Source: Candidatus Babeliales bacterium
GTDB taxonomy: Bacteria > Babelota > Babeliae > Babelales > JABDEC01
NCBI GenBank assembly: GCA_031292305.1
Contig: JARLHJ010000047.1
Location: 31,334-95,333 of the forward strand
Reading direction: 5' to 3'
DNA length: 64,000 nucleotides
The position numbers and the translations under genes were made by a program. This document shows, one piece after another, positions 1 to 8,383 of this stretch. The stretch's first letter is position 1. The number at the start of each line of letters is the position of its first letter. The notes beneath the pieces were generated by a model, which saw only the letters and a list, made by a program, of their open reading frames with translations, was not told the DNA's origin and did no database searches.

Positions 1-984
1 TAAGATTCTAAATCGTGTTGGAAATTTAATAGATAAGAAAAATATTAGTAACATAAATACAAAGATATATGGAGATTCTACTTCATGGTTAGCAACGACT
101 AATTTGCTTAAAGTAATTTTAAAATCTATAGGATAATCAAGATTAGATTCTTTTACTGCATATATCGTCTTAAAGTTAATTTGTTCTAATATCTTATTAA
201 TTCTTTGTATATGCGTATCGCCTGCGCATATAAAGATATATTTTTTATCTTTATGTTTTAGTACTGTATGTACTATTTGTATGTCTATTAAGTCACATAA
301 GTCTTCATTAAAGTTGTCTAAATCTAGTTCTGATATTTGATCTTTAATTTGATTAAAATATGAAGCTTTATTTGTTTCTAATACATTTAATAACTTTTTA
401 TTTTGCTCTAACAGCCTATTTATTGTTGTTGAATAATAATTATTGGCAATTTCATTGTCATTGTATTTTTCAATAGTGCTAACTAAACAGTTAAAATCTT
501 CAAGGAATTTATCTGCTGTAGTTTCTAAGTTAGCAAAGAAAAGACTTTTAGAATGTCTAAATTCAATATTAGCTACATCTATATTTTGTTCTTTGCATAA
601 ATTATTTATATCATCCATACATGTTGAAAAATTATTTTTTTTATTTAATACTCGATATTCATTAAACATTTGTTCTATTTTTTGATTTTTTCCAGTGTAT
701 TCATACATATCTTCTAAAATAAACAAGCTGTCATTAGGTGAAGTTGCAGCGATATTTACAATGCTTAAAGCTTGGGTTTTATTTATTTTTGTTATTTCTT
801 TACAAGTTAAAGTAGGGTGTTCATAACCTTCTTGGCAACCAAAATGGGCATCGCCTGCTTTGATAACATATTGTTTATTATTACTTAACCCATTTTCTAA
901 AACTTCTAAATTGAATATATAAGCATTAAGTGACGCAAAATTTAATGTAAGTATAGAAGCTATTAGTAAATTTTTTATTTTCAT
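1..984 (-). CDS. Exported hypothetical protein, 3' end cut by the window edge; tandem paralog of 985..2010 (possible ChaN/TraB/Tiki-like fold)
   Basis: Hand translation of the minus strand is open from ATG (984-982) to position 1: MKIKNLLIASILTLNFASLNAYIFNLE..KAGDAHFGCQ..FILEDMY..NIEFRH..KKYIFICAGDTHIQRI..FPTRFRIL. It is absent from the ORF track only because no stop lies inside the window. It is colinear with the upstream copy, with many identical blocks. Confidence 0.6.
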   Translation of the reverse strand, partial: MKIKNLLIASILTLNFASLNAYIFNLEVLENGLSNNKQYVIKAGDAHFGCQEGYEHPTLTCKEITKINKTQALSIVNIAATSPNDSLFILEDMYEYTGKNQKIEQMFNEYRVLNKKNNFSTCMDDINNLCKEQNIDVANIEFRHSKSLFFANLETTADKFLEDFNCLVSTIEKYNDNEIANNYYSTTINRLLEQNKKLLNVLETNKASYFNQIKDQISELDLDNFNEDLCDLIDIQIVHTVLKHKDKKYIFICAGDTHIQRINKILEQINFKTIYAVKESNLDYPIDFKITLSKLVVANHEVESPYIFVFMLLIFFLSIKFPTRFRIL

Positions 985-2010
985 TTAAGCCCCCACTTTA
1001 GAATTAAGGTTTAATGTATGGAAATGTATGATTCTAAATCGCGTTGGGTATCTAACAGAAAGTACAAAAAGCAGTGCGATGAAAATTGAAATATATGGAA
1101 ATTCTATTTCTGGGTTAATAAGAGCTAGTTTGCTTAATGAAGTGGTCACATTAATTGGGTTTGGAATATCAGCGTTATTAGAGTTATATTTTTCATTATA
1201 ATCTAATGCTTTTAAGACAATATTCATTCTTTCTAAATGGTTATTGCCAGCACAGATAAAAATATATTTTTTATCGCTATGTTGTAAAATTGTATGAATT
1301 ATTTTTGCATCAATTAAAAGGTAATAATCAAATACAAAGTTATTAAAATTACTTCGAAATGGTTCTTTACCAAATAAAGCTTCTATTTGGTCAATGTTCG
1401 CTGTGCTATTATTATTTAGTAAATCTAAAAGTTCTTTATTATTAGTTAAAATAGAATCGACTAAGTCTTTGTAGTATTGATTGGCAATTGGATTGTCATT
1501 ATAATTTTGTATTTCATTCATCACATAAAAAATACTGTCCACAAATTGAGATGTTAAAGTATGGCCTTTTGCATATAAAAACACAGCATGTCTAAATTCA
1601 ATGTTTTCAGTTTTTAAATCTTCGTTTTTCATAAAATCATTAATATAGCTCATGCAATTTGAAAAGTTTGAATCTTCATTTTTTTGTCTCAAATTTACAA
1701 AGAAATTGTCTGTAAACCCATCTTTACCTTGTGGGTAATACATATCTTCTAAAATGAAAAGAGATTGCTCTTTTGGAAATTGTTTAGCAAAATTTACTAA
1801 GCTTAAAGCATCTGCTTTATTTAGGCATTTTATCTCTAAATTACTTAAAGATGGATGGTCTGAATTTTTTTGGCAGCCAAAATGGGCATCGCCTGCTTCA
1901 ATAACAATTTGACTTTGGTTGTCTAATGCTTGCAAATTGACTATAAAAGCCCTTAGCGAGGCGAAATTTAAGATAAGCATAGAAAGTATTAGTAAATTTT
2001 TTATTTTCAT
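985..2010 (-). CDS. Exported hypothetical protein with conserved His/Glu motifs (possible ChaN/TraB/Tiki-like fold), first of a tandem pair
   Basis: 341-aa ORF with a signal-like N-terminus (MKIKNLLILSMLILNFASLRA). Motifs EAGDAHFGC, FILEDMY, IEFRH and IFICAGNNHLERM are present. There is a hydrophobic segment near the C-terminus (YISIFIALLFVLSV). Its stop (987-985) directly abuts the ATG of the next copy. Confidence 0.6.
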   Translation of the reverse strand: MKIKNLLILSMLILNFASLRAFIVNLQALDNQSQIVIEAGDAHFGCQKNSDHPSLSNLEIKCLNKADALSLVNFAKQFPKEQSLFILEDMYYPQGKDGFTDNFFVNLRQKNEDSNFSNCMSYINDFMKNEDLKTENIEFRHAVFLYAKGHTLTSQFVDSIFYVMNEIQNYNDNPIANQYYKDLVDSILTNNKELLDLLNNNSTANIDQIEALFGKEPFRSNFNNFVFDYYLLIDAKIIHTILQHSDKKYIFICAGNNHLERMNIVLKALDYNEKYNSNNADIPNPINVTTSLSKLALINPEIEFPYISIFIALLFVLSVRYPTRFRIIHFHTLNLNSKVGA

Positions 2011-2236
2011 TTTAAACCTCCATTTACTACTAATTTTATATATAGTTTTCTATTTGTCAATAAAAATATATCTAAAATTGGCTTCAGGTTCAAAATTGGG
2101 AATTTTAGGATAAAAATCAACCCTGGTTATTCAGGTTGAAACTTTTGCTTGATTTTAAAAAGCCGCTTGTGCTAACCTTAAAACTAAGATGTATTTCAGG
2201 GTGAAATGCAATACTAGTCAAAAAAAGGAGGCTATT

Positions 2237-2401
2237 ATGAAAAAGTTATTATTATTTGCTATGTTAGTATTAGGCTTAGGTTCAATCCAAGCTGAAATAG
2301 TATCAGCAACACCATGGCAGTTAGTTGAATCAGAAACTGCAACACCATGGCAGTTAGTTGATGATGAACCAACTACAGATTGGTCTTTAACATATAGATA
2401 A
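2237..2401 (+). CDS. Small secreted acidic peptide with tandem ATPWQLV repeats
   Basis: AGGAG lies 6 nt upstream of the ATG at 2237. The peptide is MKKLLLFAMLVLGLGSIQA|EIVSATPWQLVESETATPWQLVDDEPTTDWSLTYR. A 23-nt direct DNA repeat occurs at 2306-2328 and 2339-2361. A strong terminator follows. Confidence 0.5.
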   Translation: MKKLLLFAMLVLGLGSIQAEIVSATPWQLVESETATPWQLVDDEPTTDWSLTYR

Positions 2402-2407
2402 ATCTAA

Positions 2408-2445
2408 TTAATAAGCCAGTGGAAACACTGGCTTATTAATTTTTG
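2408..2445. terminator. Bidirectional rho-independent terminator between convergent genes
   Basis: Perfect 14-bp stem TTAATAAGCCAGTG/CACTGGCTTATTAA with a GAAA loop, followed by a T-run. It sits between the stop at 2401 (+) and the hflX stop at 2457 (-). Confidence 0.7.
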
Positions 2446-2456
2446 TAGCTATTTAA

Positions 2457-3602
2457 TTAATCTTGTTCTTCTTGTTCTTTTTTTAGTCTTACTTGCAAAT
2501 CAGGTTGCCACGTTTCTATAAAATCAATTAAAGGTTTAATGCCGTCTTTTGTTAAAGCAGAAATAGTGACATTTGGCTGAAATCTATTCATCATTTCTTG
2601 TAATTGATATGTAATTTCAATTTTATCTGCTTTATTAAACACATATAACATTTGTGCATCAACTTCTAAATCTTCAAGAATATAATTTACTACTTTAATT
2701 TGTGAATCCCAATTTTGGTCTGCAATATCAACAACGTGAAGTAAAAGGTCAGCGTGTTGTAATTCTGATAATGTAGATTTAAAGGCTTCTATAAGTTTTG
2801 TAGGTAGCATTTGAATAAAACCAACAGTATCAGAAATTACACCTTTTTTCTGGTGATTTATATAAAGTTCACGTGTAGTCGTATCTAATGTTGCAAACAG
2901 TTTATCTTCTGCTAAAACACCGGCTTTTGTTAAAGTATTTAAAATTGTAGATTTACCGGCATTTGTGTAGCCAACTAAACAAATTTGTGGAATTTTATTG
3001 ACTAATCTTTGTTTGCGCTGAGTTGCTCTCACTTTTAAAAGTTTTTCTAATTTAGCTTTTAAAGTATCAATTTGAGTATCTAAATAGCGCATTTCTTTTT
3101 CTTTTAATGTTTCCCCGGGACCACGAGCACCAATAAAGCCAGCTTGCTGAGAAAGCTCAACGCCTCGTCCAGCCACTTTAGATTTAAGAACTTGTAGAAT
3201 TGCAATCTCTACCTGCATTTTACCTTCTGCACTTGTGGCAGCTCTTTGGAAAATTTCAAGAATTAATTTAGTTCTATCAACTACATCTCTTACATCCCAA
3301 ATTTCACGCAAATTGCGTTCTTGTTTGGTTGTTAAAGGTTCAGATAGTATAACCATTTCAATATCATGTTTTTTGCAATATTCAGTTATTTGTTCAACTT
3401 TTCCTGAAGTTAAAAATGTTGCTGAATCTATTTCTCTTAATTTCATTGGCATGAAATGTTCTGTTTCTATTCCATTACTTTTTGCAAGGTTTTTAAATTC
3501 TTCAAAATAAGAATTGATATCTTTAGTTTTGTTGTATGGAGCTTCCACTGCCACTAAAAGGGTATTAGGGAATATTGTTGTATCTTGCGTTTCTCTGGTC
3601 AT
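2457..3602 (-). CDS. hflX: GTPase HflX
   Basis: 381 aa. GTPase motifs: G1 GYTNAGKST, G3 DTVGF, G4 NKADK. The N-terminal HflX-type domain and coiled linker are typical of the family. Confidence 0.9.
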   Translation of the reverse strand: MTRETQDTTIFPNTLLVAVEAPYNKTKDINSYFEEFKNLAKSNGIETEHFMPMKLREIDSATFLTSGKVEQITEYCKKHDIEMVILSEPLTTKQERNLREIWDVRDVVDRTKLILEIFQRAATSAEGKMQVEIAILQVLKSKVAGRGVELSQQAGFIGARGPGETLKEKEMRYLDTQIDTLKAKLEKLLKVRATQRKQRLVNKIPQICLVGYTNAGKSTILNTLTKAGVLAEDKLFATLDTTTRELYINHQKKGVISDTVGFIQMLPTKLIEAFKSTLSELQHADLLLHVVDIADQNWDSQIKVVNYILEDLEVDAQMLYVFNKADKIEITYQLQEMMNRFQPNVTISALTKDGIKPLIDFIETWQPDLQVRLKKEQEEQD

Positions 3603-3787
3603 TGTTTTCTTTCTATTTTGAACTTATATCTTTATTTTACATGAAAATTTGGAAATAGGATATACCCAATGTCCAAATTTTGAGTTAATTACAACTTGTA
3701 AAATTTCAACAAGAAATGTTTATAAAACTCTTGATTTTTAGTTTTAAGCTTTGTTACTGTTGAGATATAGAAGATAAGGGGTTTCAA

Positions 3788-4366
3788 ATGAATTTAAATA
3801 ATAGGTATTTGCTATATTTAAGTTTATTCTATTTTATAGTATATGAATTAAATGGAGTTGGAATGAATTTTACATTAAAAAGTACATCTTTTGAAAATGG
3901 AAAAGAAATTCCAAAAAAATACAGCTGTGATGGCCAAAATGTATCACCTAATTTAAGTTGGCAAAATGTCCCAGTCGGGGCTAAAAATCTTGTATTGGTG
4001 GTAGATGACCCAGATGCCCAAAAAGTAGTAGGAAAGACATTTGTGCATTGGATAGTTTTAAATATAGACCCAGAAATGAATGAAATTCCTGAAGGTATCA
4101 AATTTCAAAGTAAAATTTCCAATTTAGCTAAAGAGTTTCAAAATGACTTTCATCAATTAAAGTATGGGGGAGTATGCCCACCACAAGGCGAGCATACATA
4201 CTGTTTTACGTTGTTTGCATTAGATAAAAATATTGAGTTAACACCGGAAATGACCCCTGATTTCTTTAGGGATTCATATAATCAAAGCTCAGATTTCTAT
4301 AAAAGATTTAAAAGCCATATTCTTGGATTTGCTCAAATTATGGGTAAATACAAAAGACAAAGCTAA
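3788..4366 (+). CDS. YbhB/YbcL family phosphatidylethanolamine-binding (Raf kinase inhibitor-like) protein
   Basis: Motifs SPNLSWQNVP, LVVDDPDAQ, FVHWIVLNI and PPQGEHTYCFTLFALD are present. A hydrophobic N-terminal extension suggests an exported (YbcL-like) form. An alternative start at ATG 3863 would remove it. Confidence 0.85.
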   Translation: MNLNNRYLLYLSLFYFIVYELNGVGMNFTLKSTSFENGKEIPKKYSCDGQNVSPNLSWQNVPVGAKNLVLVVDDPDAQKVVGKTFVHWIVLNIDPEMNEIPEGIKFQSKISNLAKEFQNDFHQLKYGGVCPPQGEHTYCFTLFALDKNIELTPEMTPDFFRDSYNQSSDFYKRFKSHILGFAQIMGKYKRQS

Positions 4367-4493
4367 AATTCTATCCTATTAGTCATATAAACCATTGATT
4401 TCTTTGTTATAAATAGTTTATTTTAATAATATATAGAATGCCAATAGTAAAATTAGATTGAGTATTAAAATTTATTGAAATAAAGGTGTTTTC

Positions 4494-6428
4494 ATGAAAA
4501 TTAAATTATTTATAGCATTAATGGCTATAATTGCTTGTTATGCAGCAGAAGATCAAAATATGCAAGATGCCCCACCGGTTTCAAGTTCATCTACAGCGGC
4601 AAGCACACAAGCAGCAAGCTCAATTCAAAGTCAGGAAGAATTAGCAGCATCAACTTCGTCAGCGTCTGCAAGTGCATCTGCGTCACCAATAGTAGCGCAG
4701 CCACTTTCACCAGAACAACAAAAACAAGCAAAATTTAAAGAAGCTATTGAAGCTTTACAAAATATTAACGAAATACCGATAGAATTTGCAGATAAAACTT
4801 TGAATATTAATAGCACTGAAAGTTTATACCGTAAAACATTTAAAGAATTAATCAAAGAACATTTTGAGCAATATGTTCCATTTTTAATTGCTCAAGTAAC
4901 CACTAAGCTTAATGGTGAGGTAATTAAAGATTATTATGACGCTTTTCTTTTAAATAAAAATTTTTTAGTTGGAGGTTATAAAATTAATGCATTTCATCAT
5001 GCATTAAATCCAAAGTTGTTATTGAATAGAAAAAATCCATTAAATCAGCAAAATATTACACAGCCAATTGAGTATTATGTTTTGAATCCAGTAAGTGAAG
5101 ATCCGAATTTATTTAAATATATTGGCGCAGAAGATGACATGCTTAAACGTCCTGCAGAAAAGATATTTCTAGAGGCTATGACGCAAAATGAATTTTCGGA
5201 TTACGCAGATTGGTTGATTCCTGTTGATAGTGATTTGAATCCCGAACTTATTACAAAGGAGCTTGTTGAAGTATTAAAATGGTTCGCAATGCAAAAAAAA
5301 TTGAATATTAGTGCACAGTTTAAATTGGGTAAGTTTTTTTTTAATTTAGGTGACAACAACCAGTTTGTTTATGATCTTTTAAGTAGATTAATTGCAAACC
5401 CTGAAACATCTGCGAATATAAGATCGTATGCCAATAGCATGAAGTTTGATGCTTTATCAAAATTATCGCCCCAAGAAAAATTGCAAATGGGTCTTGCTTA
5501 TTATAGCGGCAAGATTGGATTGGGTGGGCGTAATTATAAAAATGCATTAGAGCTACTAGAAAGTGGTCTTTCTGGGGTTAAAGGTCAAAAGAGTGATCTT
5601 ATAACAAAATCAAAGCTAGTATTAAGTAATATTTACTTTTTAGGTAAAGCAGGCAACCAAAAAAATTATCAAAGAGTGAAATTATTTAACGAAGAATTAT
5701 TAAATAGTAATTTGCTTATTGATACTGACAAGAAGCTTGCGTTGAAGTTTCTTATAAATATTTACGGTAGTGGAGGTTTTGGTGTTGAACAAAATCTTGA
5801 AAATGTTGTTACTTTAATTAAAAGATTATATTTAATCGATCCGTTATATTTAAATATAGATTATATTTATAATATAGCTAAGAAGTTATTAGCTAAACAA
5901 AAATATAAATCCCAAAAAGAATTATTAGAAATAATTTTGAATCATCCCCAAATAGATCAGATAGATCCATGTGTTTTTATGAATGCACAATATGATTTGG
6001 CTTATATATATATTAAGGGACTTGGCTTTGAAACGAATCGCAGCAAGGCTATTGTTTTATGGAAATCAATTATTAGTAATGAGAATAATTGCAATAATCA
6101 CGTTAAGTTGCAAGCATATGCAAACCTAGCAGACGTTTTATTTAACGCAAAAGGTTTAAAACAAGATTTAGAAATTGCGCAAGAATATTTTAAAATTGTT
6201 TTAAATGATAAAGATAGCACTGAAAAGCTCAAACAACATGCGCAAATGAGATTAAAACAAATTGAAGTATTGTCTGGCAGTTGTTCAAAGCAATTAATAA
6301 ATATTAAGCCCAATGAAGGTAAGCCAACTTCAGCAGCCCAGCCTTTAAAGCGTAAAAAGGACAAAGATGCACCAGGGCCAGATGAAAAGAAAGCTAGAAT
6401 AACCGAAGAGGAAAATGATGAAAATTAA
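4494..6428 (+). CDS. Exported Sel1-like repeat protein with Ser/Ala-rich linker and C-terminal bipartite basic (NLS-like) tail
   Basis: Signal-like N-terminus MKIKLFIALMAIIACYA. Low-complexity SSSSTAASTQAASS..SASASASASP region. Several Sel1-type units (LAYYSGKIGLGGRNYKNALELL, IYFLGKAGNQKNYQRV, IYGSGGFGVEQNLENV, YIYIKGLGFETNRSKAI, LFNAKGLKQDLEIAQEYF). The tail reads KRKKDKDAPGPDEKKAR..EEENDEN. Confidence 0.7.
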   Translation: MKIKLFIALMAIIACYAAEDQNMQDAPPVSSSSTAASTQAASSIQSQEELAASTSSASASASASPIVAQPLSPEQQKQAKFKEAIEALQNINEIPIEFADKTLNINSTESLYRKTFKELIKEHFEQYVPFLIAQVTTKLNGEVIKDYYDAFLLNKNFLVGGYKINAFHHALNPKLLLNRKNPLNQQNITQPIEYYVLNPVSEDPNLFKYIGAEDDMLKRPAEKIFLEAMTQNEFSDYADWLIPVDSDLNPELITKELVEVLKWFAMQKKLNISAQFKLGKFFFNLGDNNQFVYDLLSRLIANPETSANIRSYANSMKFDALSKLSPQEKLQMGLAYYSGKIGLGGRNYKNALELLESGLSGVKGQKSDLITKSKLVLSNIYFLGKAGNQKNYQRVKLFNEELLNSNLLIDTDKKLALKFLINIYGSGGFGVEQNLENVVTLIKRLYLIDPLYLNIDYIYNIAKKLLAKQKYKSQKELLEIILNHPQIDQIDPCVFMNAQYDLAYIYIKGLGFETNRSKAIVLWKSIISNENNCNNHVKLQAYANLADVLFNAKGLKQDLEIAQEYFKIVLNDKDSTEKLKQHAQMRLKQIEVLSGSCSKQLINIKPNEGKPTSAAQPLKRKKDKDAPGPDEKKARITEEENDEN

Positions 6429-8301
6429 ATTATTTATATTGTGTTTAATAACATTATTTTTAAATTCATCTGAAGATAATGAAATGAAAGATGTTCCTGC
6501 TAGTTCATCTCAGGCTGCAAGCGCAGCCGCAGCATTGCCTGCAGCACCACCTGAAGATGTTGAAATGAGAGATGTGCCGGTTCAGATAAATTCTACGTCG
6601 TCATCAAGCTCTTCAGGACCTGTTCAATTTGAACAGGCTTTAGAAAGATTGCAAACAGTTAATGAAATACCAATTGAAGATACTGGAGATTTAAATATTA
6701 ATCAGGTTGAAAGATTAACAAATAAAACATTTAAGCAATTAATAGAAGAGCATTTTAGGGAAAATGTACCATTGTTAATAGCAAAAATTACTACTATGGA
6801 AAATAGAATGCCAAAAATAGATTATTATGATGGATATAGCTTTAATAAATACTTGTCTGATGTTCATATATTGAAGATTGGCAATAAGTCTATGTTATTA
6901 AAAAAAGAAAAAATTGAATTTGACACTTTTGGTCTTTTAAAAGAGGTTAATTATTCAAAAGTAATAAACCCAGTTAATCAACAATTTATTAGAGAGCCAA
7001 TACAATATTATGTATTGACTACATCTGATCCATTTTTATTTAAAGATGTTAGTTCGTATATTCAATTCGGTGAGGCAAAAACAAGAGATTTATTAATATC
7101 AATTATGAGCCAAGCTGAATTATCAGAATTTTTTAATTTACATATACCTATTGATTTTTGTAAATTGAATGAGTTAACAGAAGAGGATAAGAATTTTCCT
7201 ATTGAAGCAATTCTTCAAGTCTTAACCTTTTTTTCTACAATAGAAAGGTTGAATTTTAAGGATCAATTAAGATTAGCCAAAATATTTTTTAACTTTGGAA
7301 AATACGGGCAGGCTTATGATCTATTAAATAAAATTATAGAAAAACCTGAGGCAACGCAAAATTTAAAATCTGAAGCTATAGCTTTAAAGTGGGAAGTATT
7401 ATCAAAGATTTCATCTGATGAGAAATTAACGTTAGGTCTTCATTATTTTTATTCTAAAACAAATCTTAATTATAAGCTCGCATTAGAGTTATTAGAAAGA
7501 TTTTTTTCTGAAGTTAGAGAAACATCAACAGAAGGTATTGCAAATGCAAAATATGCAATTGGTCTTATATACGCTATGGGTTTAGCTGGTGTTCAAAAAA
7601 ATTATCAAAGAGCTATGTTTTTATTTCAAGCTGCCCTTGACAGTAATTTGCTTAATGCTGATAGGGTAGTGAAAACTTTAAATTATCAGTTGGAAATTTA
7701 TGATACTGGTGGCTTTGGTATCCAAAAAAATGATGAAAAGATTTTTGAAATAATTAAAAAATTATATTTAATCAATCCAACGAAATTGGAGATAGGTCAT
7801 ATTTTTCGTATTGAAAATCATCTTCGACCTGAAAATTATAAAGTAGCAATAGATTTATTAGGAATGATTTTGAGTCGTTCAAATATTCAACCAAAAGTTT
7901 TTATGCAAGCGCAATTCCTTTTAGCTAAAATTCTAGAAGCAGAAGGAAGTGTTATGCAATCTATTCCTCTATATGAATCTATTATAAATAATCAATTTGA
8001 ATATAAGGTGAAATTATTGGCTTATTTTTCCCTTGGAAAAATATATACCTTGGGCAACAAAGATATAAAACAGGATTATGATTTGGCTCAAAAATATTTC
8101 AAGATTGTGCTTGAATCTTCAGACTCGCTTGAAAATGTTAAACATGAAATACGTAAATATCTAAAATATATTGCAGAAAACCAAGGTTTATCAAGTTCTA
8201 AAGAATCAAAGAAGCGAAAAAACCCAGATGATTTAGATAAAGATGGTGAAATTGAAGCTGGACCAGCAGAAAAAAAACAAAAAAGCTGTGATGAAAAATA
8301 G
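6415..8301 (+). CDS. Exported Sel1-like repeat protein, tandem paralog of 4494..6428, with NLS-like tail
   Basis: Colinear with the upstream gene (MKIKLFIL.., EDNEMKDVPA, LQTVNEIPIE, FKQLIEEHFRENVPLLIAKITT, Sel1 units such as IYAMGLAGVQKNYQRAMFLF and IYDTGGFGIQKNDEKI). The tail reads KKRKNPDDLDKDGEIEAGPAEKKQK. The start (ATG 6415 or 6418) overlaps the upstream stop at 6426-6428. Confidence 0.7.
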   Translation: MMKIKLFILCLITLFLNSSEDNEMKDVPASSSQAASAAAALPAAPPEDVEMRDVPVQINSTSSSSSSGPVQFEQALERLQTVNEIPIEDTGDLNINQVERLTNKTFKQLIEEHFRENVPLLIAKITTMENRMPKIDYYDGYSFNKYLSDVHILKIGNKSMLLKKEKIEFDTFGLLKEVNYSKVINPVNQQFIREPIQYYVLTTSDPFLFKDVSSYIQFGEAKTRDLLISIMSQAELSEFFNLHIPIDFCKLNELTEEDKNFPIEAILQVLTFFSTIERLNFKDQLRLAKIFFNFGKYGQAYDLLNKIIEKPEATQNLKSEAIALKWEVLSKISSDEKLTLGLHYFYSKTNLNYKLALELLERFFSEVRETSTEGIANAKYAIGLIYAMGLAGVQKNYQRAMFLFQAALDSNLLNADRVVKTLNYQLEIYDTGGFGIQKNDEKIFEIIKKLYLINPTKLEIGHIFRIENHLRPENYKVAIDLLGMILSRSNIQPKVFMQAQFLLAKILEAEGSVMQSIPLYESIINNQFEYKVKLLAYFSLGKIYTLGNKDIKQDYDLAQKYFKIVLESSDSLENVKHEIRKYLKYIAENQGLSSSKESKKRKNPDDLDKDGEIEAGPAEKKQKSCDEK

Positions 8302-8383
8302 ATAATGAACATTTAGCATTTTTTTGAAAATTTGTTAAAATAATGAAATATAGATTTATTATAAAGCTAAAAAGATAATTATT

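Noticed and set aside
3788-4366. PEBP/Raf-kinase-inhibitor-like protein as a eukaryote-derived effector.
   Set aside because: The YbhB/YbcL family is widespread in free-living bacteria, and the motifs match the bacterial subfamily. Nothing in the sequence indicates a eukaryotic origin.
6415-6428. Possibility that 4494..6428 and 6415..8301 are one gene split by a frameshift (a pseudogene).
   Set aside because: The second ORF begins with its own complete signal-peptide-like N-terminus and repeats the entire domain order of the first. This is a tandem duplication with overlapping stop and start, not a disrupted single gene.
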